Source: a virus
Strand: one strand, 5' to 3'
DNA: 64,000 nucleotides
IMG/VR virus record: IMGVR_UViG_3300007214_000060
Span: 29,397 to 93,396 of that record
Made by a program: the position numbers and the translations under genes. Every line of letters begins with the position of its first letter. The stretch's first letter is position 1. Below the pieces are notes generated by a model that saw only the letters and a list, made by a program, of their open reading frames with translations, searched no databases and had not been told where the DNA came from. Below, one piece after another: positions 62,101 through 64,000 of the stretch.

Positions 62101-64000
62101 AAATTTTTGTTTTTCTATTTCTTTTCTAGCTACTATATAGTCTTCTATAGCTTTGATTCGTTGTCTTGCTTCTCTTTTGCCAATATCTTCCATTTTACCA
62201 TTATCAAATGTGTTAGCTGGTAATGGCCCTTCACCAAGATCATATAAGTCTAAAATAGAGTACAAATACATCATCTCTTCATTTAATTCTTTATCGGGAT
62301 AGCGTTGCATCCTTTTTACCCAACCACCATCAAGAAACTTTTGAACTAATCCACCAGACCTTAGCAGTGTTGCTGATCCAGATGTGCTACTGCCTGCATA
62401 ATTATTATCAATTAACCATTTATTAAATTCTGTTTTATATCCAGGTATTCTATTTTTACCAATTTTTGTGTCTGCGGCAGCGGCGGCTGTTATACTTCCA
62501 AGATTTATATCGTCTATGTCGTTTAGATTATCTTCTCCAAAATGATTAAAACTCTTTGGTAGTGTTGAACCAAAGGTTGTTTTTCTATTTTCCAAATTAT
62601 ATCTTAACAATCTACCAGCAAAAATAGCGTCTTGAGCTTTACTAGGAGCATCCACAAACTTGCTTTCTATAAGTTCACCAGTAGCATTATCTATAAGATC
62701 AACAGAAGCATTACTTATGTTACCGCTACCGCTTCCAGTTCCAGGATATTTTACAGTCCTCAATCCGGTGGTTCTAGAGCTATTTATTTTTTCTTGTAAT
62801 GCTTCCTCAAAAACAACACCACCACTATTAGTAAATCGATAGTGATTGCTTCCTTTTTCTTTTTTTGTTAATACTGCAAACCTGGGGTCATTTTTAAAGA
62901 TCACGCCTCTTTTTTTCATTCTCTCAACAAGATCAGGAAAATCACTGCTGGTAAAACCATAATCACTAGGATCTTTTCTAGTAATATTAGCTTCAAGTTT
63001 ATCGTTATCTTCTATATAATTTCCTGATTGTTTCATAAAAGCATTTATTGGAGCTGCATTACCTCCCTTTTTTGATTCGGCAACGCCTCCTGTCCAATAT
63101 TTATTCATATTATGCAGTCTTTTTGCTCCAATAGATTCAACAGCTTTCTTTCTTATAACAAACTCTCCAGGCTCAAGCATTGCCGGAACCTTGTCTCCTA
63201 TGCCGGTTCCTGGAACAACCCCGCCCCTATTGAATGCTAATACTTTACCTCCATCTCTTAATGTCGCAGATCCGCGTGACCCTATCCGAGCAGCGAGCAT
63301 ATTAATGCTTTGGGTTAGAGTATTAAGAGCATCAGTATTCATCTTAATTAGATCGTTTGCTCTCGAAACAGTTTCTGCTTTTTCTTTTTCCCTTGTTCCG
63401 CTAATAGCGCCGCCGATATTTGATCCTGTTTTACGAGCGCCAGCTTTTGATAGTTGTCCAAAAAATCCTCCGCCAAATTCTGTTAGCGCCTTAACACCTT
63501 TTACGGCTCCTATAATTCCTAGTATTGGAATTATCGGTTTAAACGCACCAGCTAAACTAATTAATCCACTAGCTAAATTTGTGACTATTGTGAATAAAGT
63601 ATTGAAAGCTTTACTCTGACCTATATCTCTAATCAAAGCTAAGAATTGCTCCCTGACGCGAGCAAGTTGATTCGCCAAACTTTGTTGAGCAACGATCTGA
63701 GCGTCAGTGAGACTACCTTGACCTCTTTGAGCAACACCTAGTGCTTTTTGCGCTGTTTCGAATTGTTGAATAAGTGGAATAACTTTACCAATTTGACGAA
63801 AGCCACCAAGCTCTTCTACTATAGAACTAAATCTAATATCTCTAGGGTCTAAATTAGCTAGTCCTTCGCTCAATCTACGAATAGCTTCGAAGGGGCCAAC
63901 GAATTTACCTTCTAAATCTTGTAGCTCTATGCCAAAGCCTCTGAGTTGTTTGATTGTATCTGCTCTTTGAATTCTTGTAAAAATAGTTCTTAAACCAGTA
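47125..64000 (-). CDS. Giant tape measure protein (TP901-like core) with embedded multi-enzyme cassette; 5'-truncated, more than 5,600 aa
   Basis: Frame open to window edge (TGLRTIFTRIQRADTIKQLRGFGIELQDLEGKFVGP...), resembling the TP901 TMP core; PAMLEPGEFVI and GPGSGTSDSI TMP motifs; coiled coils; Gly-zipper hydrophobic segments; followed by tail-tip genes. Confidence 0.85.
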   Translation of the reverse strand, partial: TGLRTIFTRIQRADTIKQLRGFGIELQDLEGKFVGPFEAIRRLSEGLANLDPRDIRFSSIVEELGGFRQIGKVIPLIQQFETAQKALGVAQRGQGSLTDAQIVAQQSLANQLARVREQFLALIRDIGQSKAFNTLFTIVTNLASGLISLAGAFKPIIPILGIIGAVKGVKALTEFGGGFFGQLSKAGARKTGSNIGGAISGTREKEKAETVSRANDLIKMNTDALNTLTQSINMLAARIGSRGSATLRDGGKVLAFNRGGVVPGTGIGDKVPAMLEPGEFVIRKKAVESIGAKRLHNMNKYWTGGVAESKKGGNAAPINAFMKQSGNYIEDNDKLEANITRKDPSDYGFTSSDFPDLVERMKKRGVIFKNDPRFAVLTKKEKGSNHYRFTNSGGVVFEEALQEKINSSRTTGLRTVKYPGTGSGSGNISNASVDLIDNATGELIESKFVDAPSKAQDAIFAGRLLRYNLENRKTTFGSTLPKSFNHFGEDNLNDIDDINLGSITAAAAADTKIGKNRIPGYKTEFNKWLIDNNYAGSSTSGSATLLRSGGLVQKFLDGGWVKRMQRYPDKELNEEMMYLYSILDLYDLGEGPLPANTFDNGKMEDIGKREARQRIKAIEDYIVARKEIEKQKFANRKGPGLQSTDQYDTQEMLDAITYYQAGSGPFTKALASDKKTFTDPRGERYQTQDIRDRLLAASQFKIPKKTYSGLGRSQLKEILSDTEITPKELSSKPSETLKNLVGKTVDFPTFLSVSADKSQAEAFVQNPGALLNIDGSSTAQKTIDIVKAKNKTKVNQQAAEKSRRLPGLEKISEKKLENYDEEKEFIIPPNVGFKITRASGTVSSSFSKDLKSKKPGGVGSTGGLSLGTLYELYYGEDDKEFEKTKLDLTTKMLRSGGKVKSFMAGGKVQRNLGYIDYDVIANEANAGVVEAGMKKAGVTGPRLYADYLTDLAVKARKSKKLDKLRAIYGVAGSGKTTLARGQGTDVGTLRETTRFPILTPEDIEKANEILILTSSVSRDKLEGFLSEVDRAYTLSSTTATEQERIKAQRTSRDTTGIGLEGRRPGTTSGVGRDTAVGEALLGDALGKRSVVLGRTESGRLRRKSGNELVEIIKKRIGFTWGGYAPTTAGHESIVDSAAAYGIPPEDFIALVGSDEGITKDKDGEYNYRTAIFDQDARILLAKAGFGSKGATVIPKPRDFEVPQGFDIGESDGRRRVVVPAPGSTAFVAEKTEQDLEKYIKAGYETVNLERSGGISGTLVRKLIEEGNLAELQKVLSPPVYDMISRNIGRIQNRASVLPNIIAEVEKNKQLSLKAIEQQIEALGISRINKTTEKEDPEYAAKAEVLRQLRDKRDKIRTGAQFEPYRLLAKLAAAKPDQYGLDFSTRPSATPLSAIPAVAKPSEVVAQKTKAKAAKAAKTATSKAKVGPKKVDIKQASMKMAGSELISRVGGISPAIALLQKEGFDLGKDKIQGTTTILRSNKAAKQVLIDAINAQYAATMGGISQKGLAFGAVGLAGNPYSNEVRVLSDRLKNPVTVNISGRLANDKFKALMQSQIDTGYESTIMGAAQQMTIAQILDDIVGGDKLISDFDKVINYGADVISSDPGAPMFSEFQDLDKVREALRSSSLSPFGQSLADLVKSSGSSELLNRMFINTARSQTTAPLIKEWLDSVGLPIPLENIYGVGGANVSGSSIPKLKAAIVQKLGGGSFVDDDPANVAGVAETIRGEGLRGKSYLMPYGQPKGSEANTAKGVLFQNILQELGAIRNTDRQSIDFPQGLGSQAAGLFNDGGMFVTLPTDAKYTLSGAGDMISNITNYLRAQGYMAGGAVKAPQRSFGTGTFPFPKRISNAYFKELDKMTSFEEFDARAGFALKDTTVRVDELGMREAYDSSPLDLERFKSSFKERLSRNTLISGMSDFAKFIGLPSESLIDYLPQVVDFDQPSGGISTAYFDPNPSLNRKAYSLENFGWSEAQEQDLYGIQALIKEKEKEIKRIIKKPVKTFEDGSFSYDYEAATKANEELRVLKDRLFNLKDAKLTAEKAARANAKSVAETTGRGTIGFKTKLSMFGAGAPASSLYHELGHQLLSTFKTRVPESFDKYKTRVVSLFDGDNDDVAQAIDALPGANYKSADIAYGRSYKIGALSSQQTALLREQKPENQELLTRSMDIRRAADAVTTAKPFKTLNPVVNSTLKMLGVEDSRINKLEDMGKEEFLTTLLQNYPILDSNLNGILQSTLDELFAAGGVQRQKFNIGGVVDKPKFSTKEDWIEEFKRKDRTNNTSSFDTAGNLLPHINDWIEEELKSKTESSSLEDISEDPLLDKLIKKKQSGIFGKAGIRSSGSEVIATYFKNSDRSGSVTAKKLGDNIFSVGLSGATGGFGPYLYELVIEKVSQLGGMLTPDRNMVSQDAQRYWANAFARSSIKKTPLDPKYWVKNNSLLDPKLYGKPETWPPANDPAWILQSGYSKNSQQFINDPDVVDLNDPKYSKFIQMQQASFLSRNMGGPIGRFSGGGVAAMVSNGEGFVPPTVAKKIGYAKLDRINQADRNGMRGFSGGGGISVFKGPGSGTSDSIGPISLPTGGYVIRKGAMDALGFSRGGNIGIRKFASGSTGGISDIGEKGKELQDKRFLLESKRAKRLQLEQQRTAASTPEEKQKITDEMESVVQDISQLEIIVNGIETEFNSLTDAINAFESDIAETGKVLRDSIRAEFEAITGRKPSDSKVEEILQEVTRTGGKARLDTGDDITVNPRYLQDIENNKKNLASRVSERDKGFGKAKDMEDFNISARDFISQKQSELSSEQKNKSELESRASTATGGEAILLNDQIKTSAQKIVELNAAIEAAEGSYSGVAAQVSTASKLEADAQDKVRQAEQNLLNSLRARVTDWENLSDKNKAKAIEQVRNTGQITDKSGKTQSFDISEVQEADRALELARAEKERAENKKETLYPSKPSATQTDPRILAEQQKLSDNAFFEYRAQTDGTNVRAVKLGIAKELGRARFEASGAQFEGRKAEASNKLFLQQDTLKNLAQTRAKAQATITSSGGTAEEKQAATVELASINQRLAAETDNIVQQMVELNPTLGDSEEKMKELRASAETVAESLGSGDLAAAQKAFTDAIGSAPEGADALRVAMLNTAKKLGISVDLLEREFGEAGDSAKEVARQSFVQSREGQRFGALAQFAPGMLGKFSESRGGRVLGAGADFISGKGGRFSQAFANVGGIAGVGAGATLIADQLQQGLKNYAPALSSNVNVAGAVGALGGAGTGAASGAVLGAQIAGPVGALVAGIGGAVIGGIQGFFSAKNQQILINALEKIASTTGELDIALKNLAQTANDVNFKNAQKAFGDVIQASGDIRSLALGSSTLTAGDAGGIAGTAVAGAIGGAVAGAIAGSVVPVIGTAVGAAIGGAIGGIAGGSYGFFNRPSAAQRQEALGALVNQAGKQQDIASRFAERDLGKLNVDQLMKLYDELNAGTSEFNPIAQQYVDSMLAAAAAAQQAKTGSDVLTAAQKQEITTTALNTAALDSYMRARKEAGATDEQISKEINADRAQAIKIGQYYNDENAKLLAKQAALAKATQVLANEFSNLDDVFNRVGSFTDRFKAELEQLDVDIQARVGDLTGKSEVQKSDRKFERVLSNISAYSPEEVSQAANFAATLGGGGEQAVALANTANLARVFQNQLPQLIKASADFAGDDREDVRGREGVVAELQRQLTAAVARPDRTVSTGAQTAIKEIMDQARGELDSGKPVDASNFEKLSTTLNNGAQQLQKFVSTYYDLLDKAIQYQNQYNTLISQSAEALRKANIVGISAELDLAKVFDRDLSLDQLNAPFEAGIRDLTSSLVAGGSTDPQEIAGAIQDKQAELVQKRGQRQGIQDQIAALGAANPQNEVEFERLQAETKALINEEGDLSRAINDGSQALDQLASDGTRASNALSKIAAQRERSKAVGDLTEKLLTGSAADVQETQFRAAGLRAALANPTKLQSRQTRQDAFGGLADLQGILKPEQFNKIRADLLEGSLKAQGIKLTDELISGTSWEEVLADIRGQDNQEDPQVQAYRDAIQAQKTAGEKIAESIRKAAEQLKIPDPKQVDFNESVKGIDEFFRRMNSDYPTIVERAYAAVTADLENIKTAAEEARKRDAEAGVASPPPKPRAEPEGIDTTKSESYKSKVAGLFGAEVTGYGGAAVDAAGAAIVAGAAVEGGRRIYRATGIPQARAEAAKVREVEAAQRKDRIKAETKRLRAEDPNLGKEEAKAKAARTVDEQIKAEKRKGGRKPSTKTTTTGPAQTAPAAAQATAAATQKPTATSGPPRRQPGAPATTPQPSPPRRGQAPTTTVPAAAQATAAATAAPPAAAAPAATQTVATPAATQATAAAAQTKPATSAPPTGKRRAQGPPSKLPQPKPSVKGGRGVKFRGRAGRAAGVAGLAVLGLAAYGGYRYIADERKRLEEEKKYSDDALAQLTLEAQEVGLDTSSPEAKQQLADINAAAITAGKSAAQSPEFMAQDKAIREDKTLTEDERKKKLQELADSAYEQDQRVRDIGITSLQLQQQGATGTPAEIQAQARAITELSAQGKTEEAQALFDETLGIAPVKQEPSDSTSTTAASSSTSQGTASTSTESEAGRIAAETLAMSEAVMNITNATLNIENLSSNGLPTIPFGSQQLTPQALTPQALTAQVLSNSGFVPQPEVSVVKPEPVDMFAGASERSAAEAEAEKQRLNAEERDIQQQTTQGVVDTGTSLASYTAATAALTPVVGQGAAVRGSGLQLGVGLARTGLDALGVPEAIGERGTTGREVYETGADLATAGAVLAGGAPGIAINTAADAFYTGAELIRDPRGKVKQWDESTTQLDNIENAGLVMGSLQNASAGFTRPIDTIGQGVTQTVGLMKDTAHMVDTALAAARAESRASEAISGSFSERGASAGVDVSAVSKLTETDGVGSIGLAKDIAYADTQIQILEDLLTRGFDLQQVSQLAEGTDIGLAKLDLQQLETGFGIDTLEELIAKRKETRAGFAKDAERLPSGKKDLFNQATSQITDLYLAESRTEMDRLGLSAPQPQSEAQAQASSQLMDASLIFSSIDPNILLNIGVIIAQGFAAVVQQLFPQKDQQKPSSQLGQQASEASTENSDPQAISAIEDMATKATKPGSIYTHDTRAEALLQQLVNNNSSSTSTPDVTKPETAEPTNLNDAVIEANKQMLQARGKITEYNQGLQGAPEDIQAYQDAKAKLEGLQAMQAQRQQLALKSPTPPSTQAITTNDKKPSDQITQTAPTQQTPAVTESQARIAEQPVVDNPLGITRVSEDSEQSTPTITSKPMNRRQSMLAQRRANYLQNKESRRQAYLATLSPERRAKIAEAEKKKQDAELLRARKLELKQSAGEKLTKPQQQLVDKYKPQIEMEARKIEEASNTSAEETQSNVADIGTDRIDFALGGGDIDQAIAIQQRADAARKEREEAGKARAQQVLANNAVPVSPTQGAPTTNFAASSAGGPSMQNLGAQPINTAFLNNVTAAETGVQQTQQTGGPDNSLIYSLSLDDKSTEILNSFNKTLSETLGGFGQNFENYISRLESLTFTHKLEGEYNINVNFTGEAPLKALNDTMKQLAEDLVMPEIEKLRGEIKNAGMDLRTRGSPGG
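56520..57240 (-). other. TMP-internal domain: GNAT-like acetyltransferase
   Basis: GGFGPYLYELVIE...GMLTPDRNMVSQDAQRYW. Confidence 0.6.
57300..58520 (-). other. TMP-internal domain: zincin metallopeptidase
   Basis: LYHELGHQL at 57757-57771; downstream KEEF. Confidence 0.65.
58810..59250 (-). other. TMP-internal domain: HAD-superfamily phosphatase
   Basis: LISDFDKV (I), INTAR (II), K (III), FVDDDPAN (IV). Confidence 0.7.
60150..60670 (-). other. TMP-internal domain: HIGH-superfamily nucleotidyltransferase (NMNAT/CoaD/cytidylyltransferase-like)
   Basis: FTWGGYAPTTAGH and ISGTLVRKLI...LSPPVYDMI. Confidence 0.75.
60700..61120 (-). other. TMP-internal domain: P-loop kinase
   Basis: AIYGVAGSGKTTLAR at ~61069-61095; lid-like QRTSR. 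Confidence 0.7.
61490..62050 (-). other. TMP-internal domain: ADP-ribosyltransferase (R-S-E class, VIP2/Alt-like)
   Basis: AITYYQAGS, KTYSG, FPTFLSVS, EKEFII. Confidence 0.7.
62365..63084 (-). other. TMP-internal domain: PD-(D/E)xK nuclease-like
   Basis: GVVFEEAL...SVDLID...LIESKF. Confidence 0.55.

Noticed and set aside
39596-63619. Short + strand ORFs opposite the tail genes (e.g. 39596..39832, 50821..51300, 59450..59872, 63191..63619)
   Set aside because: Antisense shadows of long, motif-bearing - strand genes
1-64000. Stop-codon reassignment, tRNA or rRNA genes
   Set aside because: TAA, TAG and TGA all terminate full-length conserved genes; intergenic gaps are short and I saw no cloverleaf or rRNA-like sequence by eye

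Overview
The window is an AT-rich, densely coding segment of a large tailed dsDNA bacteriophage using the standard code; I found no tRNA, rRNA, CRISPR array or IS. The + strand (1-39196) begins with tail-fibre/adhesin genes and a cluster of small membrane proteins around a papain-like protease (candidate non-canonical lysis module). It continues with nucleotide metabolism (dCMP deaminase, class II NrdJ, PhoH, dNMP kinase) and replication/recombination genes (RecA, DnaB, DnaG, Cas4/AddB-like nuclease, SSB, SSAP-like protein). DnaE is split into two intein-less genes with a DEDDh exonuclease gene between them; a subtilase and glycosyltransferase-type genes are also present. The - strand (39253-64000) carries tail-tip/baseplate-like genes and a tape measure protein (TMP) of more than 5,600 aa that runs off the window edge. 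The standout feature is a ~7 kb in-frame cassette inside the TMP encoding enzyme-like domains: PD-(D/E)xK nuclease, ADP-ribosyltransferase, P-loop kinase + HIGH nucleotidyltransferase + HAD phosphatase, a second nuclease-like domain, HExxH zincin and GNAT. The blocks are delimited by repeated [FLY]xxGG linkers, suggesting a modular, virion-delivered effector polyprotein. Outside the ORF track I found a GT60-like glycosyltransferase relic, two small ORFs and two promoter-motif classes. All domain calls are from motifs read by eye, not database searches.
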